Below are positions 9,563 through 20,404 of a stretch of 52,472 bases of DNA, one piece after another. Origin of the DNA: an uncultured Woeseia sp. Its GTDB lineage: Bacteria > Pseudomonadota > Gammaproteobacteria > Steroidobacterales > UBA11654. The notes beneath the pieces are model-generated. The model did not search any database, was not told the DNA's origin, and saw nothing but the letters and a program-made list of their open reading frames with translations. Both the position numbers and the translations under genes were made by a program. The stretch is from positions 1-52,472 of the forward strand of contig CAYQEV010000004.1 of the NCBI GenBank assembly GCA_964416745.1. The letters run 5' to 3'. How positions within the stretch are numbered: the first letter of the stretch is position 1; each line of letters opens with the position of its first letter.

Positions 9563-11272
9563 TTAAAACGATAAAGCCTTCGATTCATTACTAGCTAAAA
9601 GCTCCAGAAGAGCTTTTTTCTGATTTGCTAACATCGTGACTCGTTCGACTTCTTTTTCTAGGAATTTTTGCCAATTAGCCACAGTTTTAACTGATGAAGG
9701 TATAGGGCATGAAATGACTTTACCCTCAATCTCTTTATTCATTTCTCTAAACGCTTTCTGAGTTTCTAAGGTAACTAATAGTTCTTGAAGTTCTAAGTTT
9801 TCTGATACAGCACATTCCTTGAGAGCTTCATCATTTCTATAGTCCGCATCAATTTTTGCATTAGCAAATGCTTGTTTAGCATCATCGTACAGTGCTTCTT
9901 CAAACTGACACATCCCAAGAGTAATGTAGGATTCATCTAATCTTTTTAGATCACCCTTTGTTATAGCAGTTTGTGCTGCATCAATGCAGCCTTTGTAATT
10001 GGCCATATTTGAAAGAGAACGTGCTAATCTAATATCCAATTCACCGTCATCTGATAGTTTAGCTGCCTCTCTCAATGCAACTATCGCTTTTTCATCGTAT
10101 TGAGCTAGAAACCAGGCTTGAGCTAGAAGTTTCCAGTTTTTCTCTTCTTTATCAACTTTACCTTCATCAAATGCTTTCTGAAGTATTTTTGCAGCTTCAT
10201 AAGGGGCTTCAACAGAGAGATAGAGTTGAGCCATTTGAACAAATTCAGAACTCTTTTCTAGGTAGCCTTCATGATAAGCAGTTTGGTATGCAGCCATCTG
10301 TTCTTTTTCTTGTCTATCTTGCCCGTAAAATGCTGAAAGTTGTGTCCAATATTCTTTTTTTGACCACTCAACCACTAACCTTTGAAGCACTGTTTTCACG
10401 TTTTCCATTTGTTCAAGTTCAAAATAAGCAGCACGCAGAAGTAGCCACCAGTTTTCTTTTGTAGGACCAATAGCTAGATTTCTTGTATCTGTTTCTAGAC
10501 CTTTTAGTGCGTCTTCAATTTCAACGTATTTTTCACTACTTTTTCGAGTTTCAGCTAACTCCATTTTGAGTTCTATTTTTAATTGTGAAGCTAATGAGAT
10601 GTAGTCAACTTGATCCTTATCATACTTAACTCTATATTTGCTTGCTACTTCAGTGATGTTCCTTTGTAACTGTTCTAGTCTAAATGCATTTGCTTCTTCA
10701 GCAATAGAGATAGCTTTTTTGATAATTGGTATCATTTCTTCGTATTGTTTTTGTTGATACATTGCAGACCCTTTAAGTATGTATAGGTCAGTTCTATTTG
10801 GCTGATCTGCAAGTAATGAATCGACTGCGGTAATAACTTTCGGCCAATCTTCAATCTGAAAGTAGAGTTGTGCAATTGTAAACTTTGATGCTTCAATTAA
10901 ACCGTCTGGAACGTTAGGGTCTTCTGCAACTCTTTTATAGAAGATAATTGCACCTTTTAAGTCATTTTTAAGATAGCGGACATAGGCGAAGAAGTAATTT
11001 ACTTGGCCCCTTTCATAAGGTGATAATTTTTTAAATTCAAGGATTTCATTCAATATCGCTACCCCTTCATCAAGTTTTTCATCCTCTATGAGTTCTTGAG
11101 CTTCACCAAGTTTTTTTGCAACTTTCTCAGTCATTGAGCCTGTTTTTTTTGTTTTTCTTTTACTGTTATCCTCTTGTGATTGAGCTGTGTTGAAGCCAAT
11201 CGAATGATGGTTGACATCAAGTCCAGTTAACAGAAGCCCAATAAGGGAAATAAATATTATTTTTGATCTCAT
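9563..11272 (-). CDS. TPR-repeat periplasmic protein, last gene of the TonB2-type cluster (TtpD-like)
   Basis: Signal peptide followed by a helical-repeat (TPR-like) sequence. It starts 1 nt after the tonB stop. Its position matches ttpD of Vibrio TonB2 clusters. Confidence 0.65.
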   Translation of the reverse strand: MRSKIIFISLIGLLLTGLDVNHHSIGFNTAQSQEDNSKRKTKKTGSMTEKVAKKLGEAQELIEDEKLDEGVAILNEILEFKKLSPYERGQVNYFFAYVRYLKNDLKGAIIFYKRVAEDPNVPDGLIEASKFTIAQLYFQIEDWPKVITAVDSLLADQPNRTDLYILKGSAMYQQKQYEEMIPIIKKAISIAEEANAFRLEQLQRNITEVASKYRVKYDKDQVDYISLASQLKIELKMELAETRKSSEKYVEIEDALKGLETDTRNLAIGPTKENWWLLLRAAYFELEQMENVKTVLQRLVVEWSKKEYWTQLSAFYGQDRQEKEQMAAYQTAYHEGYLEKSSEFVQMAQLYLSVEAPYEAAKILQKAFDEGKVDKEEKNWKLLAQAWFLAQYDEKAIVALREAAKLSDDGELDIRLARSLSNMANYKGCIDAAQTAITKGDLKRLDESYITLGMCQFEEALYDDAKQAFANAKIDADYRNDEALKECAVSENLELQELLVTLETQKAFREMNKEIEGKVISCPIPSSVKTVANWQKFLEKEVERVTMLANQKKALLELLASNESKALSF

Positions 11273-11273
11273 T

Positions 11274-11921
11274 TTATTTTTCTAATTCAAATGTAATTTT
11301 ATGTTGCACACCAGGGACATCAATGGGTGTGCCATTGATTACTCTTGGTTTATATTTAAACTTACCTGATGCCTTAAGTGAAGCACTTGCAAACAAACTG
11401 CTTGTGCACTCAACGACTTTACCGTTAGCCGTTGTGCCACTTCTGGTAACTGTGTATTCAACTATACACCAGCCTTCAATACCTCTAGATAGAGCTCTAT
11501 TAGGATAAATAGGGGCAACTTTTACGATTGGAAGATATTCTCCTTCTCCAGCATTAAACCCGCCTATTCCTGCCCCTACTCCAACATTTGTGTCCACAGC
11601 ACCTATATTGACTGTTTCAGCAGAAGTATCAATATCATCTAATTGTTGAGGGGTATCAGGTGGAGGTTCTTCTGGTTCAGGTGGTTTTTTTGGCTTTGCA
11701 GTTTTTAAATCTAAATCCTCGTCTTTCTTTATACGGACAAAATCAACAAATCTACCTTCATATTTAGAGGTAATAGCACCTTTACCTGTGGCAATTAGAA
11801 CTTGCATTAACCAAAGAATAGAAAAGGTAGTAAACACTGCTACTATCGCAGCCACGACTAAGCGTTTTATTGGATCTTCTATACCAAGGTTAGTTTTAAT
11901 TTGTTCAGTTGCTTCAGACAT
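11274..11921 (-). CDS. tonB: energy transducer TonB
   Basis: N-terminal membrane anchor, proline-rich spacer (KPKKPPEPEEPPPDTPQ) and a C-terminal TonB domain (YPNRALSRGIEGWCIVEYTV...G). Confidence 0.85.
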   Translation of the reverse strand: MSEATEQIKTNLGIEDPIKRLVVAAIVAVFTTFSILWLMQVLIATGKGAITSKYEGRFVDFVRIKKDEDLDLKTAKPKKPPEPEEPPPDTPQQLDDIDTSAETVNIGAVDTNVGVGAGIGGFNAGEGEYLPIVKVAPIYPNRALSRGIEGWCIVEYTVTRSGTTANGKVVECTSSLFASASLKASGKFKYKPRVINGTPIDVPGVQHKITFELEK

Positions 11922-11936
11922 AATGCTTAATTAGAA

Positions 11937-12347
11937 TTATTCTCCGGCTTCCGCAGCAATTGAAACGTTATAGACCCCAGCTTGTCTGGCAGCATCCATA
12001 ACCGTGACAACTGTTTCATGAAATGCTTTTTTATCGGCTTGAATTACAACTGACCCTTCAGGGTTTTCAGCATGGAGTCGTTCTATATTTGGTCTTACTG
12101 CTCTTGGATCTATGCGTCTTCTATTAATCCAGATTTCATTATTAGATCCTATTGCAACTAAAATATTAGCATTTTCCTTTTTGACCGCAGTTGGTGCATC
12201 AGGCCTATTAACATCTAAACCTGATTCTTTAACAAAAGAGGCAGTTACAATAAAGAAAATCAACATGATAAAGACTACATCTAACATCGGCGTTAAGTTA
12301 ATTTCTGCTTCTTCTTGTTGTGCTGCTTGAAATAAATTTTTTCTCAT
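11937..12347 (-). CDS. exbD: biopolymer transporter ExbD
   Basis: 136 aa. The INLTPMLDVVFIMLIFFIV transmembrane motif plus a periplasmic domain are typical of ExbD/TolR. Confidence 0.9.
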   Translation of the reverse strand: MRKNLFQAAQQEEAEINLTPMLDVVFIMLIFFIVTASFVKESGLDVNRPDAPTAVKKENANILVAIGSNNEIWINRRRIDPRAVRPNIERLHAENPEGSVVIQADKKAFHETVVTVMDAARQAGVYNVSIAAEAGE

Positions 12348-12367
12348 TATTGTTTCCTCTTAGTTAG

Positions 12368-12886
12368 TTAGTGATCTGATCCTAAGGATTCTTCAAGATC
12401 ATCAATTTCTGAAGTTGCTTTTTCAGTTAATATAGTTACAAGAAACACTCCTGAAAGTGCCCCAACCATTCCTGCCATAGTTGGAATCGTTGCTTTTGAT
12501 ACTCCTGAAGCCATGGATCTTGCATTACCTGATCCAGAAACTGCCATAACATCAAATACCTCAATCATACCAGTGACTGTTCCCATTAGCCCTAGAAGAG
12601 GACACAGCGCAACAAGTGTTTTAATGATTGGAATAAATTTATTAGCAGACATACTGAATTCAGAGATTAATTTTTCTCGAATGGCATCTGAATTCCAAGA
12701 TTTTCTATCGTCTCTAGAGTACCACAACGATTGAGTTCTTGATTTCAATGTTTTAAGTTCAGTTTGAAAAAAAGCTAGGCGTTCAAGAATAAGCATCCAC
12801 ATTAGGAATATTACTACTGCTATAAGATTTAGCACTTGCCCTCCCATTTCTAGGAAGTCCCTTACTGCGATAAATATATCACTCAT
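12368..12886 (-). CDS. exbB: MotA/TolQ/ExbB proton channel protein (short ExbB)
   Basis: 172 aa with the C-terminal channel motif PLLGLMGTVTGMIEVF. Confidence 0.9.
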   Translation of the reverse strand: MSDIFIAVRDFLEMGGQVLNLIAVVIFLMWMLILERLAFFQTELKTLKSRTQSLWYSRDDRKSWNSDAIREKLISEFSMSANKFIPIIKTLVALCPLLGLMGTVTGMIEVFDVMAVSGSGNARSMASGVSKATIPTMAGMVGALSGVFLVTILTEKATSEIDDLEESLGSDH

Positions 12887-12911
12887 TCTTTAATCCTACG
12901 TTTAGCAAGAA

Positions 12912-14273
12912 TTAACCAGATGATTTTTCAGAATGATTAGCAATAATTCCTGCTGCCTGTTCTTGTATTATCTGAGTTACCCTATTGCTTCTACCACTTA
13001 CAATAGTATGAAGTAGTGTTGTCGGAATGGCTACTGTCAAACCTAATACAGTTGTTACAAGTGCTTGAGAAATACCGCCAGCCATTAGCTTAGGATCACC
13101 TGTTCCATACAAAGTAATCGCTTGGAAAGTTTTAATCATACCGGTAACTGTTCCTAGAAGACCCATTAATGGTGCAACAACTGAGATTACTTTAATTATA
13201 AGTAATCCTTTGTTAAGTGCAGGGGTTTCTTTAAATACAGCTTCTGCTAATTTAAGTTCTAAGGTATCTGTATCCACAGTCTTATTTTCCTCATACACAC
13301 CAAGTACACGACCAAGAGGATTATCATCACTGATGGAGCTTGAATTTAGTTGAGCAGTTACTTTTTTGTCTGCTGCTTGAAGCACATACCATCTTTGTCC
13401 TGCGATACTAACTCCGAATAGACCAAGCAGTATGACCAAGTAACCAACTATTCCACCTTGTTGAATCCTTTCAATTAGATTAGGTCTACCTACCAATGAT
13501 GCAAGCACACCGCCTAATGTTGGATCTAATCCGAAAGCAATTTTGGTATCAGATCCGCTAAATAAATCAGAAGTGCTACTAACGTATCGTCGACCTTCTG
13601 GTTGTCTTGGTATTTCTGTTACATTTCCTGTTTCGGGAGAATAATTAAGGTATTTGCCATCAGCAACAATATTAAATAAGCCCACTCTAGCGACCTCTGT
13701 TGCAGCTTTCGATCCGTTTGTATCAATAACATCTGCAGTGAATTTTACTACCTTACCAGCTTCAGTCATTTCTCTTTGAAGCTCAAACCAAAGTCTTTCA
13801 ATTTCTTCAATTGATGGAAGCTTAGAGTTGCTTCCGATTTTTTTAGCTAGATCTTCTAAGAAAGCTGATCGGTCTGGGTACTGAATATTTGTAAGTGAAT
13901 TATCAAATCGAGTTCTAGCGTCACCAGCCACTTGTTGCATAACACCAAAAAGCTCTTTAAGAGCTCCCAGTCTTTCGTTAAGTGTGTCTTGTAGATCATT
14001 ATTAATCACTTCATTCTTTTCAAAAAGAGCCTCTAGATCGGTACTTCTGATTTCTTCCATGACTTTTTTGGTTTCAGCATCAGCAAGTAATGTCTCTTGT
14101 TGATCCCTTTTTTGTCTAAATTCACTTTCTCTTTTTTGATTTTCTTGGTTGTCATTAATTTTTCCTTGTTCAACCCTATCTAAGAGACCATCAATTGTTG
14201 TGGCTGATTGTTGTGAATAAGCTGGTATAGCCATAAAGCAGGCTAATGTAAGTATAATTTTAATATTTCTCAT
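12912..14273 (-). CDS. large MotA/TolQ/ExbB family protein (TtpC-like)
   Basis: 453 aa. Signal peptide, a long coiled N-terminal periplasmic region, then an ExbB-type channel (PLMGLLGTVTGMIKTF). The start overlaps the upstream stop (TAATG). Confidence 0.85.
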   Translation of the reverse strand: MRNIKIILTLACFMAIPAYSQQSATTIDGLLDRVEQGKINDNQENQKRESEFRQKRDQQETLLADAETKKVMEEIRSTDLEALFEKNEVINNDLQDTLNERLGALKELFGVMQQVAGDARTRFDNSLTNIQYPDRSAFLEDLAKKIGSNSKLPSIEEIERLWFELQREMTEAGKVVKFTADVIDTNGSKAATEVARVGLFNIVADGKYLNYSPETGNVTEIPRQPEGRRYVSSTSDLFSGSDTKIAFGLDPTLGGVLASLVGRPNLIERIQQGGIVGYLVILLGLFGVSIAGQRWYVLQAADKKVTAQLNSSSISDDNPLGRVLGVYEENKTVDTDTLELKLAEAVFKETPALNKGLLIIKVISVVAPLMGLLGTVTGMIKTFQAITLYGTGDPKLMAGGISQALVTTVLGLTVAIPTTLLHTIVSGRSNRVTQIIQEQAAGIIANHSEKSSG

Positions 14274-15046
14274 TATATAGCCTCCGCTGAATCTACAGGC
14301 AGGATAACTAAATCAGGTGCAACCTGCTTCTTAGCTATTCTTAAACCAGCTTTAATTTCATTCCGGTTATCACTAGCATCTTGCCATGATCGTGATTTTT
14401 GATTCCAAACCCCAGATACTTGTCCATCAACTGATTGGTACAGAAAAGAGATTCTTCCAATTCTAAGAAAATCTAGTTCAAGTGTTTTGCCATCCACATC
14501 TAGAGTGTCTTTATAGGTTTCAATGGTTTTACCGTAATCATTTTCAATTTGATACGCTTCAGTTACTTTTCTGAATTTCTCGGCAACAGTTACATCTTCT
14601 CTTTGCATTAACTCTTTAAGAAAGTCGACCCTATTATTTCTTTCTTCCAGTAAAAACGGAACATCAAGATCTACAAACTGATCCAAAGATTCAATCATCT
14701 TGGTCATTACTGGGACAATTTGCCTATTAATCTGTGAAGCAACGATAATTGATTTCTCTAAATCAACTTTAACTCTAGCTTGATTTTCTATCTGGAGCTC
14801 TAGTAACTGATTGTAGATTTCAAGACCGTCTATTTCTTTTAAAGTGGCCCTGTATTTATCTTCCATTTTTCTTGTTTGTTCTGCTACCTTTTCAACTCTT
14901 TGTTGAGACTCTTGAGCAAGAAGTGTTCTTTCATTTTGACCATTCAGAACTTGGCTCAATGTTTCTGCAGGAAGAATCATTGGTAATGTAATTAGTATTA
15001 CCCCACCTATTAGAATCTTAGCAGTTAATCTATGAAAATTTTTCAT
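14273..15046 (-). CDS. DUF3450-like periplasmic coiled-coil protein (TtpB-like), first gene of the TonB2-type cluster
   Basis: Signal peptide and coiled-coil-rich sequence, with position as in Vibrio ttpB. The ORF track starts at a TTG (15052). I prefer the ATG at 15046, which follows a GAGGA RBS. Confidence 0.65.
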   Translation of the reverse strand: MKNFHRLTAKILIGGVILITLPMILPAETLSQVLNGQNERTLLAQESQQRVEKVAEQTRKMEDKYRATLKEIDGLEIYNQLLELQIENQARVKVDLEKSIIVASQINRQIVPVMTKMIESLDQFVDLDVPFLLEERNNRVDFLKELMQREDVTVAEKFRKVTEAYQIENDYGKTIETYKDTLDVDGKTLELDFLRIGRISFLYQSVDGQVSGVWNQKSRSWQDASDNRNEIKAGLRIAKKQVAPDLVILPVDSAEAI

Positions 15047-15282
15047 ATACAATCCTCTATGATGATTTTACGGTTATTATTAAGGCTACCCCTACCGCCT
15101 TAAAAGATATGATAATAGCATAATCAAAAAATACTCCAAAGAGTAAATCATCAAAAAAACATTAAAATAAAATTGTAATTTACCTCTTTTTTTTAACTTT
15201 AAACGTTCAGATTAATGGTTTAGGAAAATTATTTATCTAATAAAAGTTGACAAAAACACTTAGTTCTATGAAGATCTGCCAC

Positions 15283-15387
15283 ATGAATAGAAAAAATAAC
15301 TATCAATTTATAGGGAATAAATCACTTAATTTAGCCCAAGCACTGCTAATTCTGCTAGAAATAGATGCTAGTGGGGCTAACTTATAG
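15283..15387 (+). CDS. putative Leu/Ile-rich leader peptide of the ilvC-leu operon
   Basis: ATG at 15283, with an in-frame alternative ATG at 15268, to TAG at 15385-15387: MNRKNNYQFIGNKSLNLAQALLILLEIDASGANL. The run CTG CTA ATT CTG CTA GAA ATA lies between complementary RNA segments. There is no clear SD sequence. Confidence 0.35.
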   Translation: MNRKNNYQFIGNKSLNLAQALLILLEIDASGANL

Positions 15388-15441
15388 ATTTTTATAAAAG
15401 TTTAATTTAAAAGAGCCCCGCAAAATAGCGGGGTTTTTTTT
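15331..15441 (+). promoter_or_regulatory. putative transcription attenuator (alternative hairpins 1:2, 2:3, 3:4)
   Basis: Segment 1 is TTAGCCC (15331-37). Segment 2 is GTGGGGCTAA (15371-80). Segment 3 is AGCCCCGC (15414-21). Segment 4 is GCGGGG (15428-33), followed by T8. 1 pairs with 2 (7 bp), 2 pairs with 3 (8 bp including one G-U), and 3 pairs with 4 to form the terminator. Confidence 0.45.
15413..15441 (+). terminator. intrinsic terminator hairpin 30 nt upstream of the ilvC start
   Basis: Stem CCCCGC (15416-21), loop AAAATA, stem GCGGGG (15428-33), then TTTTTTTT (15434-41). No plus-strand gene lies upstream for it to terminate. Confidence 0.6.
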
Positions 15442-15462
15442 AGGACAAAAGATCTGACTTAG

Positions 15463-16503
<1,041 letters not shown>

Positions 16504-16519
16504 AAGTGAGTAATGACTT

Positions 16520-18055
16520 ATGAATGAAGCAAAAGAGATAATTATATTTGATACAACCTTGAGGGATGGTGAACAGGCCCCAGGTTGCAGTATGACGTTG
16601 GGAGAGAAATTGAAAATTGCTCATGCGCTTAAAGAACTCAATGTGAATGTAATAGAAGCAGGATTTGCAGCAGCTTCTCCAGGTGACTTTGAATCAGTTA
16701 AAGCAATTGCAAGTGAAATTGAGGGACCAACTATTTGTTCCCTAGCTCGATGTAATGAGGAAGATATAGAAAAGGCTCATCAAGCACTAGAAGTAAATTC
16801 TAATCGAAGAATCCATGTGTTTGTTGCAACCAGTGAGATACACCTAAAGCATAAATTGAATATGGCTAAAGATGAAGTTTTAAAGGCAGCTTATAATGCT
16901 GTAAAAATGGCTAAAGAGCATTGTCAGAATGTTGAGTTTTCACCAGAAGATGCCTCAAGAACTGATCATGAGTTTTTAACTGAGGTTGTGAATGCTGCAA
17001 TTGAAGCTGGGGCCACAACGATTAATATTCCTGACACAGTTGGCTATACCATACCCTTTGAATTTGGTGAATTGTTTAAACACTTAATTACTCATTGTAA
17101 TAATGCTGAAGACGTGATTTTTAGTGTCCATTGTCACGATGATCTTGGCTTATCAGTTGCTAACAGTTTGGCTGCATTAGAATCTGGAGCTCAACAAGTT
17201 GAATGTACTATCAATGGTATTGGTGAACGTGCTGGCAATACTTCGCTTGAAGAAGTATGTATGGCAATAAAAACAAGGAAAGAGTATTTCGATTTTTACA
17301 CATCTATCGATAGCACGAAGCTTTATCCAACAAGTAGATTAGTCTCCACTATCACAGGCATGCATGTCCCAAGGAACAAGGCCATTGTTGGGGATAATGC
17401 TTTTTCACATGAAGCAGGTATTCATCAGCATGGAATGTTAAGACATGCTTCAACTTATGAAATCATGAAACCACAAGACGTGGGCATTGGTCGGTCAAAT
17501 CTAGTACTTGGAAAACATAGTGGGAGACATGCGTTTCTCGATAGAGTAACCGAGTTAGGTTATGAATTAAGCGATGAAGATTTAGGTCCTGCATTCAAAG
17601 AATTTAAAAAGCTTGCTGATAGAAAAAAAGATATATTTGATAGCGACATAGAGGCAATCGTTCTTAATGTAGATGGAGGAACATTAAACAATTGGGAACT
17701 TGTTGATTTAGAAACATCATCAGGATCTTCTTGGGGGGCTCATGCAGAGTTAAAGCTAAAACATATTGATGGCTCCATGCATGAAGCATCAACTGAGAAG
17801 AAATCTTCTAGTGGCCCAATTGAATCAGTTTTTAATGCCATCGAAGAAATAACGGGATACAATCTTGAATTAACCAACTTTGAGATTCATAGTGTAAGCG
17901 TCGGTGAAGATGCACAGGGGGAAGTAACTGTTAGTGTAAGCTATGAAGGTCAAGACTTTAGGGGTCATGGAATCAGTACAGATATAATAGAGTCAGGCGC
18001 TTTAGCTTATCTTGAAGTTATAAATAGAATAGAAAGAAATAAAAATAGACATTAG
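16520..18055 (+). CDS. leuA: 2-isopropylmalate synthase
   Basis: 511 aa. IIFDTTLRDGEQAPG, HCHDDLGL and the C-terminal LeuA regulatory domain. Confidence 0.95.
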   Translation: MNEAKEIIIFDTTLRDGEQAPGCSMTLGEKLKIAHALKELNVNVIEAGFAAASPGDFESVKAIASEIEGPTICSLARCNEEDIEKAHQALEVNSNRRIHVFVATSEIHLKHKLNMAKDEVLKAAYNAVKMAKEHCQNVEFSPEDASRTDHEFLTEVVNAAIEAGATTINIPDTVGYTIPFEFGELFKHLITHCNNAEDVIFSVHCHDDLGLSVANSLAALESGAQQVECTINGIGERAGNTSLEEVCMAIKTRKEYFDFYTSIDSTKLYPTSRLVSTITGMHVPRNKAIVGDNAFSHEAGIHQHGMLRHASTYEIMKPQDVGIGRSNLVLGKHSGRHAFLDRVTELGYELSDEDLGPAFKEFKKLADRKKDIFDSDIEAIVLNVDGGTLNNWELVDLETSSGSSWGAHAELKLKHIDGSMHEASTEKKSSSGPIESVFNAIEEITGYNLELTNFEIHSVSVGEDAQGEVTVSVSYEGQDFRGHGISTDIIESGALAYLEVINRIERNKNRH

Positions 18056-18063
18056 AGGAAAAT

Positions 18064-18993
18064 ATGCCATTAAAACCAACTAAACACATCTGGTTTAATA
18101 ACAAGCTTGTTCCTTGGGAAGAAGCTCAAATCCATGTTTTAAGTTATGCATTGCATTACGGTGCAGCTGTATTTGAGGGTATTAGAGCTTATTCTACAAA
18201 TGACGGTACTAGGATCTTTAGGTTAGAGGATCATATTAAGCGATTATTTAATTCTGCAAAAATATACAGGATGAATATGGCATTTGATTCAAATCAAATA
18301 ATGGATGCTTGTCGAACCGTTGTTGTTTCTAATGAATTAAATAACGGTGCATATATTCGGCCAATTGCTTTCAGAGGATACAATGATCTTGGTTTACATG
18401 CCTCACTAGATGATGACATAGAAGTCGTCGTCGCAGCATGGGAATGGGGACCTTATCTTGGAAAAGAAAGTGCTAAGAGTGGTGTAGATGTATGCGTTTC
18501 TTCTTGGAATAAAATTGCACCTAATACTATTCCAGTTATGGCAAAAGCATCAGGCAACTATTTATCCGGAACACTTGTGGCTATTGAAGCCAAAGAAAAT
18601 GGTTATGATGAAGGCATTTGTTTGGATTCGAAAGGAATGGTCAGCGAAGGAGCTGGAGAAAATGTTTTTCTTGTTAAGGATAATATCATTTCTACCCCTC
18701 CTCTCAGTTCATCCATCCTTGATGGAATCACTAGAGATTCTGTAATGAAAATTGCTGAAACATTAGGGCATTCTGTTATGGAAAGAGAAATTACAAGAGA
18801 AGAACTTTACCTTGCTGATGAATTATTTTTTACTGGAACTGCTGTTGAAATAACTCCCATTAAAACTGTAGACAGAATTCAGGTTGGTAACGGAGCAAGA
18901 GGTCCAATTACTGAAGAGATTCAGAGAACCTTTTTTGGGTTATTTGACGGATCTACTGTTGATCAGTGGGGCTGGCTAGATAACGTTGAATAG
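18064..18993 (+). CDS. ilvE: branched-chain-amino-acid aminotransferase
   Basis: 309 aa class IV aminotransferase (IWFNNKLVPWEEAQIHVLSYALHYG...; EGAGENVF). Confidence 0.9.
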   Translation: MPLKPTKHIWFNNKLVPWEEAQIHVLSYALHYGAAVFEGIRAYSTNDGTRIFRLEDHIKRLFNSAKIYRMNMAFDSNQIMDACRTVVVSNELNNGAYIRPIAFRGYNDLGLHASLDDDIEVVVAAWEWGPYLGKESAKSGVDVCVSSWNKIAPNTIPVMAKASGNYLSGTLVAIEAKENGYDEGICLDSKGMVSEGAGENVFLVKDNIISTPPLSSSILDGITRDSVMKIAETLGHSVMEREITREELYLADELFFTGTAVEITPIKTVDRIQVGNGARGPITEEIQRTFFGLFDGSTVDQWGWLDNVE

Positions 18994-20401
18994 TAGACCT
19001 AAAACACTTTTTGAAAAAGTATGGGAACAACATGTAGTTGTTCCTGAGACACATGACACCCCAGCTATAATCTATATTGATCTACACTTAATCCATGAGG
19101 TAACAACACCACAGGCATTTACTCTTTTAAGAGAAAATAATCTTAAAGTTAGAGACCCAAAAAAGGTTTTAGCAACAATGGATCACTCTACTCCTACTGT
19201 GCCCATTACTAGTTTAAAAGATCTTGATATTGTTTCAGAAAAAGGCCCGGCTAATCAAATTCGTGACATGATCAAGAACTGTAGGGATTTCGGTATAGAA
19301 TTATATGGTTTTGAGAGTGATCGGAGAGGTATTGTTCATGTTATAGGACCGGAATTAGGAGCGACTCAGCCAGGCAGGACAATGGTATGTGGTGATAGTC
19401 ATACAAGCACCCATGGTGCTTTTGGCGCATTAGCTTTTGGTATTGGGACTACTGAAGTAGCTCATGTTCTTGCTACTCAATGTCTTCTCCAAAGAAAACC
19501 TAAAACACTCTCTGTGAATTTGACGGGTAACCTTAATAGTGGAGTTTGTGCTAAAGATATTATTCTTAAAATTGTAGGAGACATAGGAGTAGATGGAGGC
19601 ACTGGACATGTTATTGAATATAGAGGCAACACGGTCTCTTCTCTGTCATTGGAACAACGAATGACAATTTGTAATATGAGTATAGAAGGAGGCGCACGTG
19701 CAGGCATGTTTGCACCTGATCAGTCAACGTTTGATTATCTAGAAAATAGGCCCATGTCACCCAAAGGAGATGACTGGGTTAAGGCTGTTAATAAATGGTC
19801 AAACTTGGTGACAGATGATGGCGCTATTTTTGATAAAGAAGTTGACATTGATATTGATGCATTGCAACCCATGATAACTTTTGGAACTAACCCTGGCATG
19901 GTTATGTCCATTGATGCAGAAGTCCCACATCATAATGGCAGTCAAAGTTTTAAACAGGCACTGAATTACATGAAAGTTGAATCAGGTAAACCGCTTCTAG
20001 AAAAACCAATAGATGTGGTTTTTATTGGTAGTTGCACAAATTCAAGATTATCAGATTTACAAGATGCTGCCGATATTTTAAAGGATAGGAAAGTTGATAG
20101 TAATGTCAGAACTATGATTGTTCCAGGCTCACAAGCTATTAAGGCAGAAGCTGAAAGTTTAGGTCTTGATCAAATTTTTAAAAAAGCAGGTGCAGAATGG
20201 AGAGAATCTGGTTGCTCCATGTGTCTAGGTATGAATGGAGACACAGTTGGTGAGGGTAAATTAGCAGTAAGCACGAGTAATAGAAATTTTGAAGGTCGAC
20301 AGGGTAAAGGCTCAAGAACAATTTTAGCTAGTCCAAAAACAGCTGCTGCATCAGCTATATCTGGTGTTGTACAAGACCCAAGAATATATGGTGACAAATA
20401 A
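18986..20401 (+). CDS. leuC: 3-isopropylmalate dehydratase large subunit
   Basis: 471 aa. KTLFEKVWEQHVV aligns with the E. coli LeuC N-terminus, and the aconitase Fe-S ligand motifs (GDSHT, CTNSR, CSMCLGMN) are present. The only possible start is the TTG at 18986, because the frame opens at 18980. It overlaps the ilvE stop. Confidence 0.93.
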   Translation: MNSRPKTLFEKVWEQHVVVPETHDTPAIIYIDLHLIHEVTTPQAFTLLRENNLKVRDPKKVLATMDHSTPTVPITSLKDLDIVSEKGPANQIRDMIKNCRDFGIELYGFESDRRGIVHVIGPELGATQPGRTMVCGDSHTSTHGAFGALAFGIGTTEVAHVLATQCLLQRKPKTLSVNLTGNLNSGVCAKDIILKIVGDIGVDGGTGHVIEYRGNTVSSLSLEQRMTICNMSIEGGARAGMFAPDQSTFDYLENRPMSPKGDDWVKAVNKWSNLVTDDGAIFDKEVDIDIDALQPMITFGTNPGMVMSIDAEVPHHNGSQSFKQALNYMKVESGKPLLEKPIDVVFIGSCTNSRLSDLQDAADILKDRKVDSNVRTMIVPGSQAIKAEAESLGLDQIFKKAGAEWRESGCSMCLGMNGDTVGEGKLAVSTSNRNFEGRQGKGSRTILASPKTAAASAISGVVQDPRIYGDK

Positions 20402-20404
20402 GTT

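Noticed and set aside
10075-10464. An antisense 129-aa ORF, plus the many other 60-130-aa ORFs in the track that lie opposite or out of frame within long genes. Examples: 1075-1344, 1895-2170, 2951-3172, 3464-3688, 5066-5492, 11263-11508, 12112-12330, 12513-12734, 18488-18745, 19477-19707, 20170-20451, 20560-20913, 21786-22037, 23607-24171, 26391-26912, 27980-28192, 29855-30058, 32015-32200, 33343-33537, 35631-35846, 36916-37098, 37679-37882, 39034-39455, 40523-41088, 41763-42165, 44622-44828, 45220-45402, 48566-48766, 50423-50608 and 51021-51275.
   Set aside because: They are shadow ORFs fully embedded in well-supported genes. Their composition is low-complexity or biased, they have no RBS, and I recognised no family motifs.
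15106-15126. A Fur-box-like sequence, GATATGATAATAGCATAATCA, upstream of the TonB2-type operon.
   Set aside because: The half-sites TGATAAT and ATAATCA are imperfect complements and are separated by 3 nt rather than 1. In DNA this AT-rich such matches are expected by chance. It is a candidate at best.
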